Of a stretch of DNA of 64,000 nucleotides, positions 51,267 through 64,000 are shown piece by piece. Origin of the DNA: the human T2T-CHM13v2.0 reference genome, Homo sapiens; assembly GCF_009914755.1 (NCBI RefSeq), contig NC_060934.1, one strand, 5' to 3'. How positions within the stretch are numbered: the stretch's first letter is position 1; each line of letters opens with the position of its first letter. The notes below the pieces were generated by a model that was not told where the DNA came from, searched no databases, and saw only the letters and a list, made by a program, of their open reading frames with translations. The translations under genes were made by a program, and so were the position numbers.

Positions 51267-52962
51267 CCCTCCCCCAGCCTTCTTTCTCCCCAGAAGCCAG
51301 AGCTTCCCTGACAACCAGCTGCCTGCTTAGGAGCCCAAGTCTTTGGCAGCTTCCCCACCAGGGACCTCCAAGCTCCCAGAAATGCAACTCAAGACAGGAG
51401 TCATGGCCCTGTCCAAGACCTGAGCCTCAGACCCATTCCCTTTTTTGGAGCCCCAGTTTCTGGTTTTTAGCTGTTCCCTCCTGCCCTTGCCCATAAAAAG
51501 AGGCACTGTCTGCCAACCCCAAGATGGACAAGAGATTTCCTATGGACTGTTAAAGCTGGAGAGGTCCTCAGGGGTCATCTAACTCCTCTTCTGAGAGAAA
51601 AGAGCCCCCGTCTTCTCTCAGATGACCAAACTGAGGCCCAGAGAGGTGTGACCTGCCCAGGGGCACCCAGCAAGTGAGTGGTGGGGGACTTGGTGTTTCC
51701 CCTGTGCTGGGTGGGCAGGGGCAGGCAGTAGGCATCCAGGGTAGGCAAAGCATCCGGCCCAAAGGTGTTTTCAATGCCCAGAGTCCCCATTGGGATTCCT
51801 GCACCTTCCATCACAGCATTCACTGCCTTCATTTTCCTTAACTTCCTCTCCTGAAACCAACTGAACACTTCATCTGTGGCCCCCATTCCTCCTGAGATGA
51901 CAGAAGACAAAGCTTCCAGGGTGGTGCAGGCTGCTGGAGCAGGGAGGCATCAAGGAAATCTCACCATGGATAGGCATGCAAGGGCATGCTCTGGGCAACG
52001 TGGCTCTCTTCACCATCCTGAGCCCTTCCAGATCTGGACAATTGAAGCACCCTGTTACATCCCTCCACCTGCCAGCTCCTAAGGTTTCTCAGGGAATGGA
52101 GAGAGAAAGAACTGCACGGCAAGGGGCAATCCAGCCATCCCCAGCTCTGGCATAAATCCAGAGGGCTCTCTGGAGAAGGTGGCATCACTCATGTTGACCT
52201 TCACCACACATCCCCATGCTAGGCACCAGCCAAGACGCTTTGCAAGATGACTTCTGATCTTCCCCTCAACCCTGCAAGGCTGGTCATCATTGTGCCCAGT
52301 CTAGAGATGAGAAAACTGAGGCTCAAGGGGGCTAAAGTACTTATCCATAGTGCCATAGAGAGTAAGTGACAAAGCCTAAATTCATGCTTGGGTGTGCCTG
52401 ACCCAGGGCCCTTGTTCTTTTTGCTCCAGTGTACTCGTCCTCCTCCCCACCATCAACATGCTCATCAGAATCCTTAGACACACTTACCGCAGTGCCCGGA
52501 TGTGCATCGAGGCCAGCGCCTGCTACAGGCTCCTCGCTCTGCCTTCATACCACCATGTCTATACTCCCTGTCCTGTGGAGGTTCCAGGGCATCAGTGCTG
52601 CTGATTGAGGCTGTCATTCCACTCTTCCAACCACAGCCCTCTGCTGTCCCTGCATGAGCCCTTCACTCCAGACTGGGGTCCTAGTTCCTTCCTTAGCCTC
52701 CCCAGCTGCCTCTACTTCAGCTAACACTGTTTCCCAGCACAAATGTTCTTCCCAACCTTCTCTGCTAAGCCAGGTTTCCTCCATCCTTCCAAACCCAGCT
52801 CCCTCCTTTGGAAACCTTCAGCCAATCCCACCTTCACTGCTTTCTTGATCTTTGCTAGCAGGAACCCATCCCCATCTTCTCTGCAGTTTTGTCCAGTGAG
52901 CAACGATAGGAAAGCCTACATTAGGGCTTCGGGTGGCAAGAAAGAAAATCCATTCTATATTA

Positions 52963-53109
<147 letters not shown>

Positions 53110-54858
53110 CTAGGCAGAAGGAGAAGTGTACTGTAGCAATACTGGGATACCCTACAGGATCAAAGGAAAAATCAAACAGGGAGCGAGGCACAGATGGGCT
53201 CCTGGAATAACTGGGCCCAAGGATGCAAACCAGGGCTGAATGTTGTATGTGTCCTGCATTCGTGCTTACTGAGTGTCAGCCTAGTTCCTCTCCCTGGAGC
53301 TCTGCTCCTAAGTCGTTCACATATTTGACCCTACTGTGTGCCAGGATTGTTGTTCCAGAGACCAGGGATATCGCAGTGCACAAAGCCCTTTCTTCCTGTG
53401 GGGATATGGGCAATAAGCAAAGATAGCATGTATCAGAGGGTGACCAGGGGTAGGGAAGGCCAGGACATTGGAGTGGGGGCTATAATTTCATATGCAGTGC
53501 TCAGGGAGGGTCTTAGGAGAAGATATTTGAACAAAGACCTGAAGGAGATGAGGGCATGAACATGCAAATATCTGGAGGGAGAGCTTGCCAGGAAACAGCC
53601 AGGGCAGAAGCCATGAGGCCAGCACACGCTTGGTGTTCAAGAAACAGCCAGGAGACCAGTGTGCCAGGGCAGTTAAGAGGAGAGAGTGGTGGGAAGTGGG
53701 GCCCAGGGATGTGCAAGAGAGGGGCTGTTGATATTCCCACATTTTACTGCTAGAAAGACTGACTCAATCTCTCTGGGCCCAAGGTCAACAATCCCAGAGA
53801 AGAATGTGATTGGCTCAGCTTTGATCAGGCACCCAGTCCTGGACCAATCCCCTCTGACCGTCTTGGCAGGGTCAGGAAGAAAATGGCAGCTCCCATGCAC
53901 ACCACAGGGCTGAAGTGAGAGGTGGTGAGACAAGAAGGGGCAGACCCAAAAGAAGTGGGAGAGCCCAGGGCCTTACAAAGCAATTCACCACAGATCCAAC
54001 AGGACAGCATGTCATAGGAGGGTCTAGCCTCTTCCTGCACTGCCCTGGGGGGTGTTTGTTCTCCACTTGTTTTGGGTGGGCAGTGGGTAAAGTAGGTATT
54101 CAGTTATTGGCTTGACAGGACTCATGTTGGGGTCAGCTATGGTTCTGCCAGTAGCCTCGAGGCTGCACTCCTTGTAAAAAGGGCTGAGCACTAGGCAGTG
54201 TCTCAGAGTGACAACAACGTCCCCCCCCACACACAAGCCCACCAGAGGAAACACATAAACACATAAGCCTGAGTCGCAGCCACGCCAGCCAGGCCGATCT
54301 GAAGCTAGACTGGGGTGATGGTGCGTGTGAATGAGCATGGAGCCATTGTGTGGGAGGAGGGCTCCTGGGCTTCCACGAAGTGACCGTTACAGTGTACAGT
54401 GCCGGCTGGGACCCAGTGTGGCCAGAATAACTTCAGGCCAAGGAAATGCGGGCAAGAAGTAGCCATGCAGTTCAGCCACCCTGGGAGAGGCTCCTGGGCT
54501 CTGAAAGGCTGCCGGGTAGGGAATGTGGAGGGATGGAACAGCCTGAGAAAGCCTGGACCCAGCGAGCTGCAGTGCCATCTTTCACCTTCTCCCCCAGCCT
54601 CCCTGCGAACCTGGAGGAGGATCGGGGCAGAGCTGGTCCTGGACAGGGCTGCAGGGGCCATCAGCGGTCGGACATCCTCTTGGGGATTAGAAAGACATAC
54701 ACGTCCCCTTGTCTCCCACACCCCCAGCCTCTGAGGGAGACCACAGGTTTTGGCAGGATGGGGTAGGATGCGTGAAGGGAAGGAAAGGAACTCTAAAAAC
54801 CTCTTCTCTCCCTGCTGGGTGGCATTCAAGAAGTAACTCGTGTCTCATTCTTCCTCAG

Positions 54859-54919
54859 CTGAAAGCCACGGACGCAGATGAGGGCGAGTTTGGGCGTGTG
54901 TGGTACCGCATCCTCCATG
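54859..54919 (+). CDS. CDH23: CDH23 exon 29 (61 nt; LKATDADEGEFGRVWYRILH)
   Basis: ttcctcag|CTG, CATG|gtaagt; ATDAD motif. Confidence 0.97.
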
Positions 54920-55095
54920 GTAAGTGGGGCTGCCCTAGGATGGGGGGCGGTCCTCCTGCCCAGGGGAGGGCAGAGCTTCTCTAGGCTGCCAAAGGTCTGG
55001 GAGATGAGGCCAAGAGAACCCCCAGGGCCATATACATGGGGCGAGGCCAGAGGGAGGAAACAGGGACATTCTCCTTATTCACACCAGGTGGGTGA

Positions 55096-55413
<318 letters not shown>

Positions 55414-55876
55414 GGGTTGGCTTTTGATTGCCGTGTTCCTGAAGTCCTGCTGTCCTGCAGAGCTTCCCAAAGCCATGGCCCTGACAGAGAGGGCCCAGAG
55501 CCCAGGGCAGCCCCCAGCAGCACGCTCCCCAGGGACTGGGTCTCATTGGTCCAATCAGAATCCAGTGCCCATCCCTGAACCAATCGCTATGGCCAGAGAA
55601 TAAAATGTGCTGATCCTCCCACTTCTCGAATCAGGGGTAAAGTCACTGCCCACAAATGTTATGGACTGACAGTAGAGGAGAGTAGATCCCCAAAGAAAAA
55701 TCAGGGTGCTGTGCCCAAAAGATGGGGGAATGAGTGCTGGACCAGCCCTGAGATGTCCACTAAATCCTGGATTCAACCACCCATGGAGAATTTGGTTTCA
55801 GTCCCTCTTTTTGGAGTGCCCCAGGTTCTTCTGAAATATTAAAAAGGCCTCACACTACCCACATCTGTGGGTGTAG

Positions 55877-56062
55877 GAGCAGGGCGAGGGGGACCAGCAG
55901 GAGCCCCACCTGCTGGGGACCATCAACACCAAGATGAAGGCTTTCAGGAAAGAGCTGCAGGCCTTCCCGGAGCAGGTGAAACGCATTGGGGATGGCCTGT
56001 CTGCCTTGCCCCACCTCACAGAGTCCTCCAGCTTCCTCTCCACTGTGAATTCTGTGTCCCAG
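55877..56062 (+). pseudogene. Inserted coding-exon fragment resembling SOGA1/MTCL2 ([62 protein letters not shown])
   Basis: 52 of 62 codons end in G/C (first 21 all do); begins right after gtgtag|; peptide recognised from memory as close to a SOGA1 segment. Needs blastx. Confidence 0.65.
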
Positions 56063-56185
56063 AAGACCCGCAGCCTCCTCACAAGGAGGGGACTGGTGAA
56101 CTTCTGCCCCCAACCATGGCAGGCCAGCACAGCAGGAGACTTCTGGGCAGGGCCGGTGTTCCAGGGGGTCTGTCCCTCCACACAG

Positions 56186-56334
56186 GTAACCATGGCAACA
56201 ACTTCCGGATCCATGTCAGCAATGGGCTCCTGATGCGAGGGCCCCGGCCCCTGGACCGGGAGCGGAACTCATCCCACGTGCTGATAGTGGAGGCCTACAA
56301 CCACGACCTGGGCCCCATGCGGAGCTCCGTCAGG
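56186..56334 (+). CDS. CDH23: CDH23 exon 30 (149 nt; GNHGNNF...LDRE...SSVR)
   Basis: cacacag|GT, AGG|gtgagg; LDRE motif. Confidence 0.97.
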
Positions 56335-57889
56335 GTGAGGCTAGGGGCGGGCTGGGGTGCTGACCTCAGGACGGGGCCAAGCCCACAGCTAGAACAGAGA
56401 AGGCCATTAGTTGGCGCCTGGTGTGGGCAGGGCCACCACTGATTTAGGTGCTGAATGACATCTGGGCCTAAGGGTTCGGTGACAGGTGCCCAGCCTGGGA
56501 CTTGGACTTGTCATTTTGCTGTGAGTTTGTTCCTCCAGCTGTGGAAAGGAGTCAGTGATACTGATGTCTGTCCTAAGGGATGAAAGAGGTGTCCTTACTG
56601 TACTAACCCCTGTATCCACAGAGCTCTCTAGGGTAAGTCAAGGAAATCTCACTTGGGTGATCTTGGAGGTACAGATGCTAACCTCATTTTACAGATGAGA
56701 AAACTGAGGCACAGAGAAGTTGCTAGTGATAGAATCAGGACTGGAGCCCCCATCTTCTGAATCCAAGTTCAGTGCCCTTTCCAATGAAAGTGACCCTAAT
56801 ATATTCCAGTCACCTCTCCCAGCTGCCTCATCAAATGTATTCTTTCCTGCCCAGCCTTATCTGTGCAGCCAAAATCAAATCAGCCTTAGTCCTCCCGAAT
56901 GGCTGAAAACCTACACACAGATGTTCCCACTGGTTGTGTTATGTGTACTACCGCCAGCAGGGGGATGACTGAGATGAATGAGATGACCTCTCAAGGCCGC
57001 TTCACCCCCACCCCTACACACTCAGCAGCCCCCAGCCCCTTCCCCTAAACCAGTGAGTCAGACCCCAGACATCAGGAGTAGGAGGGAGATGGGAAGAGTC
57101 AGGCAGAGCAAGCAGGGACTTTCACCCAGAACTGAGTGCCCGGCTCCTCTTATCAGCCCCATCTCCACCCCCTGCTTCCCCCAGGCTGGAAACAATGAGC
57201 GGTGGTCACCGGGTACTCACGATCACAAACACGATGGGTCTGATTGCTCAGGGGCTGTGCTGGGGTGGGTGACTCAGCCCTGACCCAGCTCCTGCTGACA
57301 CCTCCAACGCTTTGCCCCAAGAAGAGCTGGGAAGACACCTGGGTCCTTGCAACTGCCCTGAGTGAGACCTGCCCTGTGGAAATGGCTGAGAGGGTCAGAT
57401 CCCCTGGTTCTTACAGGGCCCTGGTGATGGAGACTCAGACACAGTAACCTGGACATGCACATAGCCATGCTGGCTTGCATGACTGTGAATCTTATTCGTG
57501 GGCTGGTCAGTACGCCCTCATCAGAGCCTGCCTTGTGTGGGGCCTACTTCAGGGCACAGAGTGACTGATGTCAGCGAAGCTGGGGTTGGGTCTCCAGACT
57601 TCAGGCTTCCTAACCACAGCCCTCCATGTGGCCCTCGCTCCCCGCTCCCTCACCCAGGCGTGGTGGGCTCCTGCCTCCTCCCATCAGTGCCTCAGCATTG
57701 TGGCTGCAAACCTCCTTTAGCCACAAACCTTCTGTATACACAAAATGATATGCAGCATCCCAGGGTACAGTGTAAAACAGATCGAAGCCAGACTGTGACA
57801 ATCAGTGCAGGGGTGGGGCTCCCAGAGCCACACCTGCTCAGCTACTTACGTCCTGCCCGTCTCCCCTGAACCCTGAGGAATAATAAACC

Positions 57890-58120
57890 CTCACACGTGC
57901 CCGATATTTTTCTAAATGCCTCGTGTACTTTAACCTCCGTAACCCTCATAATAGCCTTATGAAGTAGGCACTGTTAATACCCCCATCTTACAGATGACAA
58001 GACTGAGGCAAAGAGGAATTAGCCGACTTGTTCAGGGTCACACAGCGGTAAGGGTGGAGCCAGGCTTCATGCCTTGGCAGCCAGCTTGAGCCTGTCCCCT
58101 TAACCACTACACTCCACTGC
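57890..58120 (-). mobile_element. MIR SINE
   Basis: ccccatcttacagatgacaagactgaggcaaagag...gacttgttcagggtcacacagc. Confidence 0.8.
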
Positions 58121-59602
58121 CTCACATAAGCCTCTTCAAAGCCCAGTCAGAAACCACTGCCTCATCCCCACAGGGTAATTTTAAGGTGAGAATTTGAGGG
58201 CTGGCCCCTGGGGCAGGTGCTTGGTGGCACTGTAGTACACAGCCTCCACACCCATGAGACCCGGGAGAGCTGGGGGCCTTCCTGAAGGCAATGTGGGGAC
58301 TCTGGCTTTCCGCTGGACTCATTTTCCCAGCAGCAGGGGAGAGACGGCTTGCAGGAACCATCCACATCCTCCAGTTCCTGCCTCAGAGACCGGGGACAGC
58401 CCCAGTGAGGGGCCGGGGAGTACAGAGTGAGACAGTCCCCTTAGAGACTGGGTGTCTCAGGGTGTTCACGACACATACACACACACACACGCACATATGC
58501 CCACGCACACCTCCTCTCCCTGTCCTCCTAACCACTAGCACCCCATTTTGCAGATGAGGAAACTGAGGCAAAGCACTGCACTGGCACAGCACTGGACAGG
58601 CACAGCACTGGACAGAAAGCAGGTCTGGTTCTCCAGGAAGCCCAGTTGCTCCCACTTGCTCAGCAAGAACCTGACAGACCTCTGCTTCCTGTACATCTGT
58701 GCCTCTCAGGTTTGCAAACCATCTTGCCTCCTCCTGTCTCTGCTGCTAAAAACAGGCTGAAACCGACCAGAGGCTGGTGGCATGTAGCCAGACTCATGGA
58801 GGACAGGCCACACCCCAGCTCCCTGCCACCTCTCTCATCTTGTCATTGTACTGTCAGCCTGGCCCTGTTTTTTCCCCACAACCCTTGGAGTCAAGGTCAT
58901 TTGGACAAGCAGATTGAGGAAGGGTAAGGCGCACAGTTTTGCAAGAGGAGTGGTTAGTTTCTGTTTACCGAAAAAGAGTTCCTGAAATTCATCCATGCAA
59001 ACTCCCCCCCGCACCCACCCTACCCAGGATCTTCCCCAGCCAAGTTCTGGGTGAAGCCAAATTTAGGTTCCAGCCTGTGAACAGCTGTGCTCTGGAGTGG
59101 ACATGTTAGTTTGCATAGTGGGTTCTGGGTGTCTGGACATGAAAATTCTAATGACACAGCAGAGCTTTGGGAACCCTAGAAGCAGCGATGCAGAGAAACT
59201 TTTACACCCATATGCCTCTCTGCCCCCAGCCCTGCCACCCTCCCCACCCCAGAGTCCTCCACTGGTCAGGCTGCTGTTTTCGGCTTCTACCAGCCAGAAG
59301 CTCTGTCACTTCTCTCCAGCTGATTCCCAGCTAATCCCCAAAGAGAAAGCAGGGCTGATCCCAGAGGCAGTGACCAGATGCCAGACACACACGCCTCTGC
59401 TGCACATGCAGAGGCCCCTCCCTTAGTGCTGGTCACCACATGCAAAGTCTGTATGGGGCATCACAGCCCCTTCCCCATTTGCTTCCCTCTCTACTTTGCT
59501 GGCAAGTTCCTACCGGCCCCAGCTCTGTTTGGCTGGGAAGAGGGTGCCTCTCCTGTTCTGGGGCCAGCTCACCCCAGCATAGAGCAAAGAGCTAAAAGCT
59601 AA

Positions 59603-59952
<350 letters not shown>

Positions 59953-60654
59953 TAAACACCTTTTAAACTGTATTACGTTCATGATGTACAGTGCACACAT
60001 TCATAAAGAGAACTTAGTGCTGGTAAGCGGTGAGGAAAATGGTGCGTAATTGCACAATTCAGAAACAGCCACTGCCTTGGATGGGGGCCTCAGAAGCAAA
60101 CCCTGAGACAAGGATTGGTGTGAAAGTAATGTGTAAGAAGCGCCCACAGGAAAAGGTGGAACAGGGTGCAACCAGCAAGGAAAAACAGACAGCAAAGTGT
60201 CATGGAGGGAGCTAGGCCTCCGTCCCCCAGGGAGCCCTAAAGCGTCCCCTCACTGCCCCAAACAGGGCCAGGGAAGCTGGAGTCTTTGCTCTCCACGCCC
60301 ATCAATCATTGGCTCAGGGCTGCCCTAGGGGACGGAAGTTCCCAGGCATTTCTGCTCACTGGGCTGGTTTCCAACAGCCCGGGTGTGGGTGCAGTGGGGT
60401 GGGGTTGGTCTTCCCCAAAGAGCCTTAGGGGCTGGGAGCTGGCCGTGAGAAGGTGCACAAGTAAAGAGTACTGAGCACTGACATTCTCTACTACAACTGC
60501 CATTGTATTTTCACCTCTATTTTCCAAGATATATTTTAATATTTGATTGGGATCACTTTGAATTTTTTCAAGAACTTTTGCAGGCCCTGGCTCATTTTGT
60601 CTTCATAACAACCTTAGGAGTGGCATGGAGTGTGAACTATTTTATTATTATTAA

Positions 60655-60950
<296 letters not shown>

Positions 60951-61282
60951 GAATTATTATCTTAATATTACCACTTTATAGCTGGGAAACTGGGGGCCCC
61001 AAAGAGTCACTAATTAGTCAGATGTTCCACAGCATTAGTCAAAAAGCCAAGAGCAAGATGAAGTTCATTCCGAAACAAGTAATGTTTGAGCACCTGCCAC
61101 GCGCCAGGTGCTGTGCAAGGTGGTGGTCACAGTGACCCACCAGACAGGCCTGGGGTCCTAGAGGGAGCTCACAGCAGGCCCAGGAAAGCAGTGACCACAC
61201 AAGGCGGCCACAGTGGGCCAAGCCCTGGGCTTCCCAGCCTCCACCCCACCCTGACCTTGCACCCCTGGCCCGGCTCCCACAG

Positions 61283-61418
61283 GTGATTGTGTACGTGGAG
61301 GACATCAACGATGAGGCCCCCGTGTTCACACAGCAGCAGTACAGCCGTCTGGGGCTTCGAGAGACCGCAGGCATTGGAACGTCAGTCATCGTGGTCCAAG
61401 CCACAGACCGAGACTCTG
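61283..61418 (+). CDS. CDH23: CDH23 exon 31 (136 nt; VIVYVEDINDE...ATDRDS)
   Basis: cccacag|GTG, TCTG|gtgagg; DINDE linker and ATDRD motif. Confidence 0.97.
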
Positions 61419-62800
61419 GTGAGGCTGGCAGGAGGAAGCCGGGGATCCCATTGCTCAGAGCAAACCTCCCCAGCTCACCCAGCCCCTCCTTCGAAACGGT
61501 CATCCCTGATGCTTCAGGCTCCCCATTTAGCCATGTCTAGGCCAGGGAGGGGCTGCTGGGATGGTCTTGATCACTTCCCACCAGTGGCCCCAGCCTGAGA
61601 GGGTTGGAATCAGGGAGAGTTGTCCCAACCACTGGGTGGACAGAGGGGAGGCCACAAGCTTGAGAAGTCCAGCTCCGTCATCCCAGGACCCAGCAGCTCC
61701 CACTAGCCTTTAGAGAGGGGCTGGGCAGAGCTGGGAGGGGTAAAGAGGACCGGTCAGAAAGCTGGCTGCGGCCTGGCCTGCTCCTCCAGCCCCTCCACGC
61801 CTTCCAGGACCAGCTCAGGGCCTAGCACACGCAGACCCCCTGACCCTGTACAAGGGGCAGTACCCTTCCTGTGCCGCAGGGCAGTAGCCTGAAGGCAGCC
61901 TGAACCTTGCTGAGGGCCCAAGCCCCAGAGGCGGCCACAGCCCGCAGTGCAAAATGAAGGGGAAGCATGCCGGGTCTCTGTGGCCCTCCGTGCGGCCTGG
62001 GCTGTCTGGCCTGTACCCCAGTCAGGGATACAGCTGAAAAGGAGCATTTTCTGGAGACCCACTGTCCCCCAGAGAGGCTCCCTGAGCTGCTCATCCTTCA
62101 TGTCAGCTACTCTGGTGGCTCCCAACTCCTCTCTCAGCATCCTCAGATTATCTGTGGCATGCATGGGATGGGGTGGAGGGAGGAATGGCTGCAAATTCTC
62201 AGGCGGAATCTCAGGCATGTTAGGAGAGTTTAGGGCACATACGCGGCTGTGGCCCCTTGAGGTCTGTGAACTTCAGCTTAGGAATCCCAGCTCTAGCTCC
62301 TGATTGAATGGTTTGTTTCAAGGCACAGGAATTTGGGGCGTAGGGAGTGGGGAGGATGGGGGAAGGTGTCCCTGACACTGAAGCCCTTCTGTCGAAGGGA
62401 CCAAACCAAGGCTTGGCCATCTGTGAGGATGCGTTCTAGATCAAAGCCTCCACTACAAGAGATCCTTCATTTCCCCCAATGCTTGTATGTCCAGATATCA
62501 AAGGGAGGTACATGAGCTTGAATTTTGAGGCTCCAGGAGCAGACCCAACTCTTTCTGTCCTATCTCTGGTGCCAAGGCCAAGCCCCAGAGGAAGGCTCAA
62601 CAGTGCATGCTGGACCTTGCCATCCACATTGACCTTAACACATCCTCTGCTGCATCTCTGAGGATGATCCTGCCGGCAGAGGTGGGGCAGCCCATGCTGG
62701 GTGGGCCACCCAGGGGGTATGGGTGTGGCAGCTTGAGAAGCCACAGCGCAGCCCCACTCAGTTCTATCTGGGACTGCACAGCCTCTGTGTCCTCCTACAG

Positions 62801-63189
62801 GGGATGGTGGCCTGGTGAACTACCGCATCCTGTCGGGCGCAGAGGGGAAGTTTGAGATTGACGAGAGCACAGGGCTTATCATCACCGTGAATTACCTGGA
62901 CTACGAGACCAAGACCAGCTACATGATGAATGTGTCGGCCACTGACCAGGCCCCGCCCTTCAACCAGGGCTTCTGCAGCGTCTACATCACTCTGCTCAAC
63001 GAGCTGGACGAGGCCGTGCAGTTCTCCAATGCCTCATACGAGGCTGCCATCCTGGAGAATCTGGCACTGGGTACTGAGATTGTGCGGGTCCAGGCCTACT
63101 CCATCGACAACCTCAACCAAATCACGTACCGCTTCAACGCCTACACCAGCACCCAGGCCAAAGCCCTCTTCAAGATAGACGCCATCACG
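62801..63189 (+). CDS. CDH23: CDH23 exon 32 (389 nt; GDGGLVNY...LDYE...KIDAIT)
   Basis: cctacag|GG, ACG|gtgagg; ORF 62815..63231. Confidence 0.97.
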
Positions 63190-63231
63190 GTGAGGGGCTG
63201 GGGGCAGGGAGCACCATTTCTTCCAATCTAA
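63190..63231 (+). CDS. CDH23: Intron-32 read-through C-terminus (VRGWGQGAPFLPI*) of a truncated CDH23 isoform
   Basis: 13 codons then TAA; total 1381 aa matches a RefSeq isoform length I recall; not verified. Confidence 0.55.
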   Translation: MRGWGQGAPFLPI

Positions 63232-63298
63232 CCAACATTGGTTGAGCTCCTTCTGTGTGCACAGCACTCTCCTCTTTGTCATAAAATGTCCTTGAGAT

Positions 63299-63466
63299 GG
63301 CCAAGTGTGGTGTTAGGTACCTGTAGTCCCAGCTGCTTGAGAGGCTGGGGCAGGAAGATTGCTTCAGCTCAGGAGTTTGGAGGCTGCAGTGAGCTGCGTT
63401 TGCACCACTGCACTCCAGCCCGGGCAACAGAGTGAGACCTTGTCTCTTACAAAGAAACAAAAAAAA
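63299..63466 (+). mobile_element. Alu right arm/FRAM-like monomer
   Basis: cctgtagtcccagct...cactgcactccagcc, A-rich tail. Confidence 0.88.
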
Positions 63467-63552
63467 GTCCCCGAGATCAATATCCCTGTAACACATCCAT
63501 TTTCATATGTAGGAGTAAGATAAAGTTTATACCTATGCAGGCTGGTATCCTT

Positions 63553-64000
63553 CTGTTTTTCCTTCTGTTTTCACACCCATCACAGATCCTTCACCTCTGG
63601 TCATCGAAGTGTGTGTGGGGTTTTCCCCCATTATCGGCAACCAATTATCTGACTCTCTTGACACCAGCTGGGAATCCTATAGTTTGATTTAATTCTGAAC
63701 ATTTCTACCTGGAGTTAGCGTCAGATCCCACAGGCTCACAGCTCAGTCCCTCCCACACACCACGCAATTCTCCAGTAGACACCATAGTGTCAGATCCCAC
63801 AGGTTGAGGGCTCAGTCTCACAAAACTGCCTCCACTTCAGCTGCCAATCACAACCTCTAGGTTGTTTGACCCATGCTTCTGACCAACTGGCTAAATCAGA
63901 GTTCCCACAACCCCCTCCACAAGTTCGATGAATTTGCTAGAGCAGCTTGCAGAACTCAGGGAAACACTTTACTTACTATTACCAAAGTATTATGAAGGAT
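63553..64000. mobile_element. MER21-like ERV LTR (runs off window end)
   Basis: tacctggagttagcgtcagatcccacagg...gggctcagtctcacaaaactgcc; family from memory. Confidence 0.7.

Overview
Human genomic DNA, Alu/MIR/LTR-rich and GC-rich. The whole window lies inside CDH23 (cadherin-23; USH1D/DFNB12) on the + strand. I can trace 18 consecutive coding exons (exons 15-32 in the numbering I recall; about c.1450-4104, residues ~484-1368, cadherin repeats EC5-EC13). They splice into one open frame with GT-AG sites, except intron 28, which needs a GC donor. The small membrane-protein gene C10orf105 is nested on the - strand: CDS 46750-47151, with a long 3'UTR that appears to run antisense across CDH23 exon 28 to an AATAAA at 42538-42543. 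Intron 19 holds a ~1.9 kb G-rich 15-bp VNTR with an internal 495-bp higher-order duplication. The most interesting unexplained structure is a set of short copy-paste insertions: (1) a 101-bp near-perfect inverted copy of a MIR segment with a mosaic junction (3539-3639 vs 4430-4530); (2) a 142-bp ~98% direct copy bracketing exon 28; (3) a ~130-bp ~92% direct copy bracketing the C10orf105 CDS; (4) a ~190-bp coding-like fragment in intron 29 that I recognise from memory as a SOGA1/MTCL2-like exon with an AG acceptor, in frame with CDH23 exon 30. There is no prokaryotic-type system (CRISPR, operon), and I cannot claim a wholly new biological system. Exon numbers, isoform identities, variant identities and repeat family names come from memory and were not database-checked; repeat boundaries are approximate.
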